Assembly (NCBI GenBank): GCA_947625215.1
Contig: CANQNL010000002.1
Span: 4,297-68,296 of the forward strand
DNA from: an uncultured Bacilli bacterium
GTDB lineage: Bacteria > Bacillota_I > Bacilli_A > RF39 > UBA660
DNA length: 64,000 nt
Direction: 5' to 3'
Part shown: positions 47,991-58,150 of the stretch, piece by piece
How positions within the stretch are numbered: the stretch's first letter is position 1
Layout: every line of letters starts with the position of its first letter
Made by a program: the position numbers and the translations under genes
Notes under the pieces: generated by a model
What the model saw: only the letters and a program-made list of their open reading frames with translations
Databases searched by the model: none
What the model was told of the DNA's origin: nothing

Positions 47991-49761
47991 ATTGTTTTGT
48001 AATTTTAAATGTTGCCTGATAAGTATTTCCCATATCAATTTCATCAACATCAATATAATATCCTAATTTTTCTATCTGATTTGAACAATTTCTAATAATT
48101 GTTAAAACCTCATTAAATTTATTTGGTTGAACTAATTGTGGACCATTTTCTTCAATGATATCTGTATTTGGAATATTAAGCGCTGGCTCTGAAGGTGCGG
48201 TAAATGGCATTCCTTGTGGTTGTTCTGGTATTGGAGCAATTGGTTCAACTACTGGATTTACTGGTTGATTAAAATTGTTTGATTCTGGTACTGAAAATTC
48301 TGGTGTTTGTTGTGGTTCAAATGATGGCATTGGTGCTGGCTCAGGCTGAACTAATTCATTATATAACTGACTATTATCTTGAATAGGCGCTGCTGGTGGC
48401 TCAGAATTCATAGCTCTTTGAACCGCCTCAGCAATGCTTGTAGCATTCTGATTTACAGGTGGCACTGGATTAAATGGAGATGGTTCTTGTGGTTGTTCTG
48501 GTATTGGTGCGATAGGTTCAATTACTGGATTTACTGGTTGATTAAAGCTATTTGGTTCTGGTACTGAAAAACTTGGTGTTTGTTGTGGTTCAAATGACTG
48601 CGGAGTTACTACTGGCTTAGGTGCCTCAGTAGGTTGAACTGGAGCACTTTGTTCTAAACCAGCAGGTGCTGCATTAAACATACTATCAAAACTCACACCA
48701 TTTGGCGTAGGTATTGGTGCTGGTGCTTGTTCTTCTTGCGCCATTCCGGCAAAATTTACAAATTTATTTTGATCATCAACGGGAACTTCGGTATTTGGTA
48801 TATTCTCTGGTTGAACATTATTTGGCGTTGGTGGTTGAATTGCTGAAACACCATTTATTGTCATAAGATTTGAAATATCTTTTCCTTGTTCTGGTACATT
48901 TATATCTTGAGCTTCTTGCATTATTTTATCGATATCCATATTGCCCTCTTCCTTTCCTTTTAACTTATCTTCTAATTCTTTTGGTGGTTTTACCCTAATA
49001 ATTTCGTGACTAGCTACAGCTATCGCACGGCGAGGTTTCTTTTGTAATGGTTCTTTGAATAATTCTTCGATTTCATCAGTTGGTTTTATTACTGGTGATA
49101 TATATAAATCTTCAATTGAACCAGTATACATTTTTTTAGGTTTTTCCTCTTTAGGACCTTCCAAAAGTTCTTTTATCGCATCATCGGTCTTTTTAACCGT
49201 TAATCTTTCATTAATAATTTTATTAAGCATCTTTACTTGATCACTTTCATTACGAAGTCTAAGTAATGATCTGGCGTGTCTTTCAGATATTTTTCCGTTT
49301 AATAAAGCATACTGAACTTCATCATCTAAGTTTAGTAATCTTATTTTATTAGCAATTGTTGATTGTGATTTTCCTAATTTTTTAGCTAAATCTTCTTGAG
49401 TAATATAACCCATATCTAATATTCTTTTATATGATACAGCTTCCTCAATTGGAGTTAGATTTTGTCTTTGCACATTTTCAAGTAAAGCAATTTCTTCACT
49501 TTCTTTATCAGTTAAAGTTATAACAATAGATGGGATTGTACTTCTTCCAGCAATTTTACTGGCTTTGTATCTTCTTTCTCCAGCAATTATTTCGTATTTA
49601 CTTCCAATTTGTCTAACGATAATTGGTTCAATGACTCCATATTTACGAATAGATTCTGCTAGTTCATTTAGATGTAAATCATCGAAATGGATACGTGGCT
49701 GAAAACGATTTGGTAAAATATCATTTATGTCTAAATACGTAAAACTGCTAGCGCTGTCCAT
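47989..49761 (-). CDS. ParB/Noc/Spo0J-family protein with a long P/Q-rich repeat-containing C-terminal region
   Basis: 590 aa. ParB N-domain (LPNRFQPR, GVIEPIIVR, IIAGERRYKAS) and HTH (QEDLAKKLGKSQSTIANKIRLL) are present. About 300 aa of low-complexity P/Q/E sequence with two 39-aa repeats follows, then a short globular tail. Confidence 0.8.
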   Translation of the reverse strand: MDSASSFTYLDINDILPNRFQPRIHFDDLHLNELAESIRKYGVIEPIIVRQIGSKYEIIAGERRYKASKIAGRSTIPSIVITLTDKESEEIALLENVQRQNLTPIEEAVSYKRILDMGYITQEDLAKKLGKSQSTIANKIRLLNLDDEVQYALLNGKISERHARSLLRLRNESDQVKMLNKIINERLTVKKTDDAIKELLEGPKEEKPKKMYTGSIEDLYISPVIKPTDEIEELFKEPLQKKPRRAIAVASHEIIRVKPPKELEDKLKGKEEGNMDIDKIMQEAQDINVPEQGKDISNLMTINGVSAIQPPTPNNVQPENIPNTEVPVDDQNKFVNFAGMAQEEQAPAPIPTPNGVSFDSMFNAAPAGLEQSAPVQPTEAPKPVVTPQSFEPQQTPSFSVPEPNSFNQPVNPVIEPIAPIPEQPQEPSPFNPVPPVNQNATSIAEAVQRAMNSEPPAAPIQDNSQLYNELVQPEPAPMPSFEPQQTPEFSVPESNNFNQPVNPVVEPIAPIPEQPQGMPFTAPSEPALNIPNTDIIEENGPQLVQPNKFNEVLTIIRNCSNQIEKLGYYIDVDEIDMGNTYQATFKITKQ

Positions 49762-49856
49762 AAAGTACCCCTCCCTTCTATTCTTTCATAATTATAATAC
49801 TATTTTTTGGGAAATAATTCAACATATTTTTCTAATAAAAAGAAAAAAGTCTCATA

Positions 49857-50555
49857 TTATAGAGGTTTTTTCTTAATTTCAGTATTTTTTCTAGGATATT
49901 TTAAGGAAATATTTCCCAGCCTTTTTATTTTAATAATTGTACGGTTACTATTTTCAATTGGAAGAGTAAACTTATCTTCTTTTATAACTTCAGAATTTAA
50001 TATTTTTAAAGCATTTTTAGCTAATGATATATCCTCATTTCCCTTTAGGGCAATAAAATATTTCCCGGGTTTTACTAAAGGTAAAGAATACTCTAATAAA
50101 ACATTTAATTTAGCTACAGCTCTTGCGGTAACAACATCAAAAATATCTCTATTTTCTTTAGCATATTCTTCAGCTCTTATGTGAATACATTCAATATTTT
50201 GAAGATTTAATTTAGAAATTACTTCCTCTAAAAAAGTAATTCTTTTTTGCAAAGCATCTACTAAAGTTACTTTTAAATGAGGAAAACAAATCTTTAAAAC
50301 AATTCCAGGAAAACCTGCTCCTGTTCCAATATCACAGAGCGTTTTTTCTTTACTTAAATCAATTACCCGGCATAAAGTTAAACTGTCATAAAAATGTTTT
50401 AAATAAACTTCTTTTTTTTCAGTAATTGCTGTAAGATTGATTTTTTCATTCCACTTAATTAATAACTCATAATACATTTCTAGTTGCTTTAACATATTAT
50501 CAGTTATATCAATATTAAATTCTTTAATTTTATTAATAAATTGTTCTTTATCCAT
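49857..50555 (-). CDS. rsmG: 16S rRNA (guanine527-N7)-methyltransferase
   Basis: 232 aa with the SAM motif DIGTGAGFPG, located downstream of mnmG. Confidence 0.9.
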   Translation of the reverse strand: MDKEQFINKIKEFNIDITDNMLKQLEMYYELLIKWNEKINLTAITEKKEVYLKHFYDSLTLCRVIDLSKEKTLCDIGTGAGFPGIVLKICFPHLKVTLVDALQKRITFLEEVISKLNLQNIECIHIRAEEYAKENRDIFDVVTARAVAKLNVLLEYSLPLVKPGKYFIALKGNEDISLAKNALKILNSEVIKEDKFTLPIENSNRTIIKIKRLGNISLKYPRKNTEIKKKPL

Positions 50556-52407
50556 AATAATCCTTCTTTAAATAAATCATTAAAACACTAATATCAGCTG
50601 GATTTACGCCACTAATTCTTAAAGCTTGTCCTACTGAAGTAGGCCTTATTTCTTTTAACTTTTGTTTAGCTTCGCTAGCAAGATTATGCATATCATCATA
50701 ATTTATATCTTCAGGAATTTTTTTATTTTCAAGTTCATTCATTTTTAAAGCTTCTTCATTTGCTTTTTTAATATAACCTTCATATTTTATCATAATGCCT
50801 ACTTCTTCTAAAACATCAAATTCATATTCTTTATTCAATAAATGTTTTAAAGATTCAATTGTTACTTCAGGTCTTTTTAATAAATTATATAAAGTCATTC
50901 CATCCTTAATTTCAGGTGTATTTATTGATTTTAAAAATTCATTATCATTAGTAGTTACTTTTTTTTCTTTTAATTCACATATTAATTCTTTTATTGCCTG
51001 CTTTTTATCTAGAAATTTTTGATAACGTTTTTTATCAATTAAACCGATTTTATAACCATATTCCCTTAATCTTAAATCGGCATTATCGTTTCTAAGTAAT
51101 AATCGATACTCGGCGCGCGATGTTAATAAACGATAAGGATCTCTTATACCTTTGGTAATTAAATCATCAATTAATACTCCAATATAAGCTTCATTTCTTT
51201 TTAAGATAAGTGGCTCTTTACCTTCAATTTTTAAAGAAGCATTGATTCCTGCAATAAGTCCTTGGCACGCGGCTTCTTCATAACCACTAGTTCCATTTAT
51301 TTGACCCGCTGAATAAAGATTTTCAATGATTTTAGTTTCTAAAGTTTGCTTAAGCTGCGTTGGATAAATAGAATCATATTCTATCGCGTAGGCATATTTT
51401 AAAATTTTAGCCTTTTCTAAGCCTTTAAGACTATGAACCATTTCTTCTTGAACGTCATATGGCATTGAAGTAGAAAAACCTTGTAAATAGATATCATCAT
51501 AGTATATACTTTCTGGTTCTAAAAACAATTGATGTTTTTCTTTATCAGAAAACCTAACAACTTTATCTTCAATTGATGGGCAGTACCTTGGACCAACACC
51601 TTTGATATCATCAAGGCCTCCATACATACTCGATTTATTTAAATTATTTTTTATAATCTTATGAGTATTATCATTTGTATATATTAAATAACACGATATT
51701 TGTTTATCAACATCATATATAGGCTTCATATCATAACTAAATGTATGATATACACTATCTCCTTTTTCCTCTTTTGTTTGAGTAAAATCAATACTTTGTT
51801 TATCAATTCTAGGTGGCGTTCCTGTTTTTAATCTTTTTAAAGTAAAACCATATTTTTTTAAATTATCACTTAAATAATTAGATGGTTTTTCCCCGTGAGG
51901 ACCTTCTCTTCTTCTTTCACTACCAATTAAAATATCAGCATTCATATAAGTACCTGTAGTTAAAATAACAGCTTTAGCTTTTATTTTGGTTTCATCTTCT
52001 AATAAAACACCTTCAACTTTGTTATTTTTGACGATTAAATCTTTAACTAAAGCTTCTAATATATCAAGGCTGTGCTCTTGTTTTAAAGTTTTTAACATTT
52101 CTTTTGGATAAGTTATTTTATCAGCTTGGGCGCGTAAAGCTCTAACCGCAAGTCCTTTTCCACTATTAAGCATTTTTATTTGAAGTAAACTTTTATCGGC
52201 ATTTTTGCCCATCTCTCCGCCTAAGGCATCAATTTCTCTTACGACAATTCCTTTAGCGCTACCACCAATAGATGGATTACAAGGCATATCCGCAATATTG
52301 TTTATATTGCCGGTTACCAATAAAGTTTTATGACCTTTTCTAGATGCCGCTAAAGCGGCTTCACAACCAGCGTGACCACCACCGACAACGATTATCTCAT
52401 AATTCAT
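50548..52407 (-). CDS. mnmG: tRNA uridine 5-carboxymethylaminomethyl modification enzyme MnmG
   Basis: 619 aa with IVVGGGHAGCEAALA and the conserved GidA core. Confidence 0.95.
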   Translation of the reverse strand: MNYEIIVVGGGHAGCEAALAASRKGHKTLLVTGNINNIADMPCNPSIGGSAKGIVVREIDALGGEMGKNADKSLLQIKMLNSGKGLAVRALRAQADKITYPKEMLKTLKQEHSLDILEALVKDLIVKNNKVEGVLLEDETKIKAKAVILTTGTYMNADILIGSERRREGPHGEKPSNYLSDNLKKYGFTLKRLKTGTPPRIDKQSIDFTQTKEEKGDSVYHTFSYDMKPIYDVDKQISCYLIYTNDNTHKIIKNNLNKSSMYGGLDDIKGVGPRYCPSIEDKVVRFSDKEKHQLFLEPESIYYDDIYLQGFSTSMPYDVQEEMVHSLKGLEKAKILKYAYAIEYDSIYPTQLKQTLETKIIENLYSAGQINGTSGYEEAACQGLIAGINASLKIEGKEPLILKRNEAYIGVLIDDLITKGIRDPYRLLTSRAEYRLLLRNDNADLRLREYGYKIGLIDKKRYQKFLDKKQAIKELICELKEKKVTTNDNEFLKSINTPEIKDGMTLYNLLKRPEVTIESLKHLLNKEYEFDVLEEVGIMIKYEGYIKKANEEALKMNELENKKIPEDINYDDMHNLASEAKQKLKEIRPTSVGQALRISGVNPADISVLMIYLKKDYYG

Positions 52408-52466
52408 TTTACCACCTTATTTCTTTAAAATATGTTTTTTATGGAAGAAAAAGAATCAAATGATTC

Positions 52467-52871
52467 TTAAGTAAGTGAAAATATATAAAAGGTTATTAAT
52501 GTTACCCCTAATAAAGCAATTATACTTATAATTATTCCAGTTAAACCAATCACGTTTTTATTATGTTTATATCCACTAATAGATAAAATTAAACTAATTA
52601 TTGGCAATATTAAATAAAAGAAAATATTAGAAACCGCTGATAAAACAAATTCATATGTTCCTTTGCTATATAAGATTTCTTCTTTTATCTCAAGTGGTGT
52701 TCCCATACAAGAAAATATAATTAAAGAAGATATTGCTGCTATAGTCAAACCAGCTACTGATAGTCCATTAATATTTTTATGAGGTGTTATCGTTTCTTTT
52801 AACATTTTTCCGCAGTTTAAACAAAAATCAGATTCTTCTTTTACTTTTTTCCCGCAATTTGGACAATACAT
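52467..52871 (-). CDS. Zinc-ribbon domain membrane protein
   Basis: 134 aa with MYCPNCGKKV...FCLNCGK (CxxC...CxxC), then 3-4 TM segments. Confidence 0.6.
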   Translation of the reverse strand: MYCPNCGKKVKEESDFCLNCGKMLKETITPHKNINGLSVAGLTIAAISSLIIFSCMGTPLEIKEEILYSKGTYEFVLSAVSNIFFYLILPIISLILSISGYKHNKNVIGLTGIIISIIALLGVTLITFYIFSLT

Positions 52872-52909
52872 AATAATCCCTCCTAGTTTTAATTATATAA
52901 TATTTTTAT

Positions 52910-54259
52910 TTATTTGCCTACACAAAATCGGCTAAATAATTCATCAATTAATTCTTCTTCGTAAGTTTCTCCAATTATTTCACCAAGTAAATTCCAAATA
53001 TTTTTTAAGTCGATTTCAATCATATCTAAAGTAGCCCCGTTAGAAAGTCCATTTTTTACTTCTTTAATAGCAACTTTTATTTTATTTAAAATAGCCTGTG
53101 AGCGAGCACTTCCTAGATAACTCATATCTTCGGTTTCTAGTTTTTCTAAATTAAATAATTCTTTTATTTTTAATGAAATACTTTCCATATTTATGTTTTT
53201 ATAGGCACTTACGTAAATTTTATTTTCTAAATTTTCATCGTTTATTTTTTTATTTAAATCACATTTATTTATAATCGTAATATACTTTTTATTTTTTATT
53301 TCATTTAATATTTTTTCATCTTCTTTAGTTAAAGGTTCACTATAATCTAAGACTAATAAAATTAAATCAGCTTCTTTAGCTAGTTTTAAACTTTTTTCAA
53401 CACCTTTACTTTCTACTATATCATCTGTTTTTCTAATACCAGCTGTATCAATTAAATTTAAAATTATATTGTCGATTATTAGTGTAGCTTCAACACTATC
53501 CCTTGTTGTCCCTTGAATTTCGGTAACTATAGCTTTTTCTTCACCTATTAAATTATTTAAAAGACTACTTTTACCAACATTAGGTCGACCTAATATAACC
53601 GTCTTTATTCCGTTTTTTAATAATTCGCCATTTTTACTTTCACATATGATTTTATTTATTTTCTCTTCTAAAGAGTCCATACTATCATTTATTTTAGATA
53701 CAGTCATCTCTTCGATATCTTCATATTCTGGATAGTTTAAATTTACTTCAATATTGGCGAGTATATGTGATAAATCATTTCTTAAATTTTTAATAAGTTT
53801 AGATGCTTTTCCACCAATTTGACTAATAGCCATTTTATGAGCTTTTTCTGTTTTCGCATTTATTAAATCAATTATACCTTCAGCTTCCGTTAAATCTATT
53901 CTGCCATTTAGAAAAGCCCTTTTTGAAAATTCACCCGGTTCAGCTAATCTACAACCTTCTGAAAGTAATATTTCTAAAACTTTATTTGTCGTAGTTATTC
54001 CGCCGTGGGTGTTTATTTCAACAATATCTTCTCTGGTAAAAGTTTTAGGAGCTAACATTTTAGATACTAATACTTCATCTATTTTTTCATCTTTATATAT
54101 TATATAACCATAATGAATAGTATGGCTTGAAGATGTTTTAAAATTTTTGTTAGTAAATATTTTACTTACAATATCAACCGCTTTACTACCACTAACTCTG
54201 ATTATAGAAATAGCTCCAATTCCTTGTGCCGTAGCTATAGCTGCAATAGTATCATTCAT
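52910..54259 (-). CDS. mnmE: tRNA modification GTPase MnmE
   Basis: 449 aa with G1 GRPNVGKSS, G3 DTAG and the C-terminal FCVGK motif. Confidence 0.95.
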   Translation of the reverse strand: MNDTIAAIATAQGIGAISIIRVSGSKAVDIVSKIFTNKNFKTSSSHTIHYGYIIYKDEKIDEVLVSKMLAPKTFTREDIVEINTHGGITTTNKVLEILLSEGCRLAEPGEFSKRAFLNGRIDLTEAEGIIDLINAKTEKAHKMAISQIGGKASKLIKNLRNDLSHILANIEVNLNYPEYEDIEEMTVSKINDSMDSLEEKINKIICESKNGELLKNGIKTVILGRPNVGKSSLLNNLIGEEKAIVTEIQGTTRDSVEATLIIDNIILNLIDTAGIRKTDDIVESKGVEKSLKLAKEADLILLVLDYSEPLTKEDEKILNEIKNKKYITIINKCDLNKKINDENLENKIYVSAYKNINMESISLKIKELFNLEKLETEDMSYLGSARSQAILNKIKVAIKEVKNGLSNGATLDMIEIDLKNIWNLLGEIIGETYEEELIDELFSRFCVGK

Positions 54260-54326
54260 ATAGTACCTCCTTTAAGTAATGATTTTACAATATATAATGA
54301 TTTAAGTCAAATTAAAAGAAGATAAA

Positions 54327-54941
54327 TTAATCTTCTTTATATTTTATAACAGTATATCGGTTAGGATTTTCTCCTTCACTTTCACTATATAAATGATCAA
54401 ATTGTGATACAACATTATGAACTATTCTTCTTTCGTAAGAATTCATTGGGTCTAATTTAACATCAACTTTTGTTTTTAATACTTCCTTACAAATCTTTTT
54501 AATTTCAAAACTTAAATGTTTCTCTTTTTTAGCTTTATAATTAGAAATATCTAAATTAACTTTAAAGCCAAAATCACCATATTTTTTAAGGCTTTGACGT
54601 AAGATAGCTTGAATACTATTTAAAGTTTTACCATCTTTACCTATCATCATTGCACTATCTTCAGTTACGATAATTACAGAAAAACCAACTTCATTATTAG
54701 TAACTTCAATATTAAATTTAGTATTCATTTTTTTAGCTAAATCTTTTAAAAATTCTTTAATATATTCTTTGACTGCATATTTAGTTGTAACTACTGAAGT
54801 ATATTTTTTTCCTTTAAATAAACCACCTTCTGTTTCTTCAAAGAAATAATAAACTTCATCTTCTCTAACATTTAATTGTTCTAAACTTTTATTTAAGGCT
54901 TCCTCTTTATTCTTAGCTTCGTTTCTTACTACTTCTAGCAT
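54327..54941 (-). CDS. jag: Jag/KhpB RNA-binding protein (KH + R3H)
   Basis: 204 aa with the R3H region SYERRIVHN, located downstream of yidC. Confidence 0.85.
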   Translation of the reverse strand: MLEVVRNEAKNKEEALNKSLEQLNVREDEVYYFFEETEGGLFKGKKYTSVVTTKYAVKEYIKEFLKDLAKKMNTKFNIEVTNNEVGFSVIIVTEDSAMMIGKDGKTLNSIQAILRQSLKKYGDFGFKVNLDISNYKAKKEKHLSFEIKKICKEVLKTKVDVKLDPMNSYERRIVHNVVSQFDHLYSESEGENPNRYTVIKYKED

Positions 54942-55902
54942 CTTTTTTCCTCCTTATAATTAATGATTGGATAATTGTAAATAAGCTTCCTGTTATCCAA
55001 TAAATAATGATACTTGTTGACATTGTGAAAGAAGCAAAGGTGATAAATACCATCATAAAATTCATCATCATTTTCATTTGTTTTTCTTGTTCTGGATTAC
55101 CAGTATTCATACCAGAATTCATCTTAAATGAGAAGAAAGTGGCAAGTCCAACCATAATTGGTAATAAAATATAAACCCAAGAGCCATTACTAAATGAACT
55201 AATAAAATGACTCCAAGAAAGACTTGTTCCAAATAAAGCATTAAAAGGACTGGTACCTAAATTATAAACTAAGAAGTCTCCTTCAAACACCGCTGGAATA
55301 CGATATAAACTTTCTAAGAAAGCAAAGAATAAAGGTAATTGGATAAAGGCAAATAAACATCCAGACATTGGATTAACATCGTATTTTTTATATATATTCA
55401 TCATTTCTTGGGCTTTCATCATTTGATCTTGCTGAGAATTTCGATTACGATATTTATTTTCTAATTTTTGTAAATCTTTACTAGCGTCTTTCATTCTTTC
55501 AGATTGAAGAGCTGATTTTTGACTTAGTGGAAAAATAATCATACGAATTAGAAGAGTTACTATAATAATTGCTAAACCATAATTTTTGATAATTTCACCA
55601 ATTTGAATAATAAGCCAACTTAAAGGTTTAATAAATACTGTACTCCAAATTCCTTCATATCCGCCAGAAGCAGGAGTAAATTTTTCACATTTAGGTAATT
55701 TTTCAATATTTACATCATTTTTTTTATAAGTTTTTATTACGTCTTTATTTTCAGGCTGACATAATATATTAGAAACTAAATTTTGACCATTTGTCTGTTC
55801 TCTAACTGCTCTACCATCATCATCTCTTAAATATTTCGTGCATCCTGTTAGAGATAATGTCATTATTAGTAGAAGAACAATAAGTACTTTTTTACTTTTC
55901 AT
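54913..55902 (-). CDS. yidC: Membrane protein insertase YidC/SpoIIIJ (lipoprotein type)
   Basis: 329 aa with the lipobox LSLTGC and a conserved 60-kDa IMP core (PMSGCLFAFIQLPLFFAF). Confidence 0.9.
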   Translation of the reverse strand: MKSKKVLIVLLLIMTLSLTGCTKYLRDDDGRAVREQTNGQNLVSNILCQPENKDVIKTYKKNDVNIEKLPKCEKFTPASGGYEGIWSTVFIKPLSWLIIQIGEIIKNYGLAIIIVTLLIRMIIFPLSQKSALQSERMKDASKDLQKLENKYRNRNSQQDQMMKAQEMMNIYKKYDVNPMSGCLFAFIQLPLFFAFLESLYRIPAVFEGDFLVYNLGTSPFNALFGTSLSWSHFISSFSNGSWVYILLPIMVGLATFFSFKMNSGMNTGNPEQEKQMKMMMNFMMVFITFASFTMSTSIIIYWITGSLFTIIQSLIIRRKKDARSSKKRS

Positions 55903-56239
55903 TATGATTCTCCTTTATTAAATTTAATTTTTCAAAAGCTTTAAACAAATTATCTTCCATTTCCTCAAAACTTCTATCTAAAATCCCCTTGCTTACTATT
56001 ATAATACAATTAAAGTTATTTTGATAGGTTTTTTTATCAATTATATTTTTTAATCTTCTTTTATATTTATTTCTAGTTACAGCATTACCAACCTTTTTAC
56101 CTACAGATAAGCCAAATTTATAGATATCGTTTGTATTTTTTTCTAAATATATAACATAATCCTTATACTTAAAAGGCTTATTATTTTTGATAATTCGATT
56201 AAAATCTTCATTCTTTTTTAAGATATTTATCTTTTTCAT
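55892..56239 (-). CDS. rnpA: Ribonuclease P protein component
   Basis: Start set at MKKINILKKNEDF, with AGGTGA 5 nt upstream. The conserved VGKKVGNAVTRNKYKRRLK block is present. Confidence 0.9.
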   Translation of the reverse strand: MKKINILKKNEDFNRIIKNNKPFKYKDYVIYLEKNTNDIYKFGLSVGKKVGNAVTRNKYKRRLKNIIDKKTYQNNFNCIIIVSKGILDRSFEEMEDNLFKAFEKLNLIKENHNEK

Positions 56240-56287
56240 ACATATCACCTAATATTTAAAAGCCACTGAGTTGCAGTGGCTAGATAA

Positions 56288-56413
56288 TTAATGAGATAAA
56301 ACTTTGCGTCCTTTTTTTCTTCTATTTTTTAATACTTGCGTTTGCATTCTTGCAAAAAATCCTAATTTTTTACTTCTTCTTCTAGTATTAGGTTGAAAAG
56401 TTCTTTTGGTCAT
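56288..56413 (-). CDS. rpmH: 50S ribosomal protein L34
   Basis: My own translation gives [41 protein letters not shown] (41 aa), with RBS GGGAGGAG upstream. The ORF is below the size cut-off of the ORF track. Confidence 0.9.
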   Translation of the reverse strand: MTKRTFQPNTRRRSKKLGFFARMQTQVLKNRRKKGRKVLSH

Positions 56414-56457
56414 CTCTTTCACTCCTCCCAATTAAATTTTTTCCCTTTGCTTAGTTA

Positions 56458-56486
56458 ATTATATAGATAAAAGCCTATTTTGTCAA
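56458..56486 (-). promoter_or_regulatory. Consensus promoter TTGACA-17-TATAAT for rpmH-rnpA
   Basis: The minus strand reads TTGACA aaataggcttttatcta TATAAT, about 45 nt upstream of ATG 56413. Confidence 0.65.
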
Positions 56487-56502
56487 TCTTTTTTCCTTTT
56501 AT

Positions 56503-56729
56503 TTATCCACATTTTATATTTTTTATTTTTTTTATCTTTTAATTTATCCACAGTGGTAATTTCTTTTTATTTATTTTGTTTTTTTCGTTTTAAACATATG
56601 TGAATTTGGATAATTTTATACCCAGTTGGGGATAATTATTTATCCACAAAAAATGTGGATAAAATTTGTTTTTAATTTATTTGTAATAGATTGCTTACTT
56701 GTGGATACTTTTTTTTATTTTTTTCCACA
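56503..56729. promoter_or_regulatory. oriC upstream DnaA-box cluster
   Basis: Perfect TTATCCACA boxes lie at 56503, 56544 and 56640 (+) and at 56654..56662 (TGTGGATAA, -). One-mismatch boxes lie at 56605..56613, 56627..56635, 56700..56708 and 56721..56729. Confidence 0.85.
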
Positions 56730-56803
56730 GTTTTTATGGTTTTTTTTATTAAAATAAGGTAAAATGAATGTAAGACCTAATATGTAAGTAAGTGGGGGAT
56801 TTT

Positions 56804-58147
56804 ATGGATTTAGATAATATTTGGAAAGTTTTTTTAGCAAAAATAAAAGAGAAATTAAAACCGGTTTTATTTCAAACGTGGTTTAAAGATACTAACCTAG
56901 TAGAACTTACTGATGAATATGCTTTAGTTAAAGTTCCTTTAGATGTTCATAAAAAACATCTTAAAGAAAATTATAATGACATTATTAAAGAAACTTTTAT
57001 GGAAGTTACGGGCGCTATTTTTGATTTTAAATATATAACTGAAGATGAAAGCACTGATGACAAACCCGTAATTAAAGAAAATGATGAAGCCGTTTTCGAA
57101 AGTAATTTAGATAGCCGTTATACCTTTGATAATTTTATTTTAGGTGAAAGTAATAAATTTGCCAAAACAGTAGCAATGGCCGTAGCCGAAAAACCAGGTA
57201 ATACTTATAATCCCTTATTTCTATATAGTGGAAGTGGTCTTGGTAAAACCCATTTAATGCACGCAATTGGAAATTATATTGTGGCTAATTCTAATAAAAA
57301 AGTTTTATTTGTAACTTGTGAAAAATTTGTCGAAGATTTTATTAATCTATACCGCCGAAAAGAAAATAATTTTAATGATGTCGATAATTTTAAAAGAAAA
57401 TATAGAGACATCGATGTTTTATTAATTGATGATATTCAGTTTTTAGAAATTGCCAATAAGACACAACAAGAATTTTTTAATACATTTAATGAACTACACG
57501 ATAAAAATAAACAAATTATTATTTCTTCAGATAGATCACCCGATGATTTACACAAATTAGAAGAACGACTTATTACTAGATTTAATTGGGGGCTTACCAT
57601 TGATATTTTGCCACCTGATTTTGACCTTAGAATGGCTATTTTAGAAAAAGAAATTGAAGCCCAAGGTATAAGCAGTTTTGTTCCTGAAGAAGTAAAAGAA
57701 TACATTGCGAATAACTGTACTAGTGATATTCGTAAATTAAAAGGCGCTTTAACTAGAGTCTTCGCATATGCTACTATTATGAATGGATCGGAAATTACTA
57801 TTGAACTTGCCGTTGAAGCTTTAAAAGATTTAATTGGTAAACACGTTTTAGCTAAAAATAAAATCAATAAAGTTATAAATATTGTGGCAGATAATTATAA
57901 TATAACACCTGAAGATATAAAAGGAAAAAGCCGATTATCAAAAATTGCCGTTCCAAGACAAATTGCTATGTATATATGCCGTATATATTTAGAAGAATCT
58001 CTACCAAAAATTGGAAATGAATTTGGGGGTAAAGATCATACTACAGTAATGCACTCAGTAAATAAAATTAAAAAAGCCATCGATAAAGATAAAGCCTTGG
58101 AAGAAGAAATTAAAAAAATTGTTTCTAAAGCTAATCTGGAAAACTAA
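56804..58147 (+). CDS. dnaA: Chromosomal replication initiator protein DnaA
   Basis: Start set at MDLDNIWKVFL; the track start at 56792 is a GTG. Walker A GSGLGKTHL, sensor motifs and a C-terminal DNA-binding domain (DHTTVMH) are present. Confidence 0.95.
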   Translation: MDLDNIWKVFLAKIKEKLKPVLFQTWFKDTNLVELTDEYALVKVPLDVHKKHLKENYNDIIKETFMEVTGAIFDFKYITEDESTDDKPVIKENDEAVFESNLDSRYTFDNFILGESNKFAKTVAMAVAEKPGNTYNPLFLYSGSGLGKTHLMHAIGNYIVANSNKKVLFVTCEKFVEDFINLYRRKENNFNDVDNFKRKYRDIDVLLIDDIQFLEIANKTQQEFFNTFNELHDKNKQIIISSDRSPDDLHKLEERLITRFNWGLTIDILPPDFDLRMAILEKEIEAQGISSFVPEEVKEYIANNCTSDIRKLKGALTRVFAYATIMNGSEITIELAVEALKDLIGKHVLAKNKINKVINIVADNYNITPEDIKGKSRLSKIAVPRQIAMYICRIYLEESLPKIGNEFGGKDHTTVMHSVNKIKKAIDKDKALEEEIKKIVSKANLEN

Positions 58148-58150
58148 AGT

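Noticed and set aside
48213-48609. Repeated DNA in the 48.2-48.6 kb region as a CRISPR-like or noncoding tandem array.
   Set aside because: There are only two copies, they are imperfect, and they lie in-frame within the parB-like ORF. They encode a duplicated peptide segment.
57436-57867. Antisense or embedded ORFs in the supplied track. Examples: 57436..57867 in dnaA, 62109..62651 in gyrB, 49807..50184 in rsmG, 943..1350 across rplI, 10426..10782 in uvrB, 24501..24692, 35074..35376, 36235..36492 and 40731..41021.
   Set aside because: Each lies entirely within a strongly supported gene, on the opposite strand or out of frame. They lack RBSs and have the S/L/F/I-rich composition expected from reading AT-rich coding DNA in the wrong frame.
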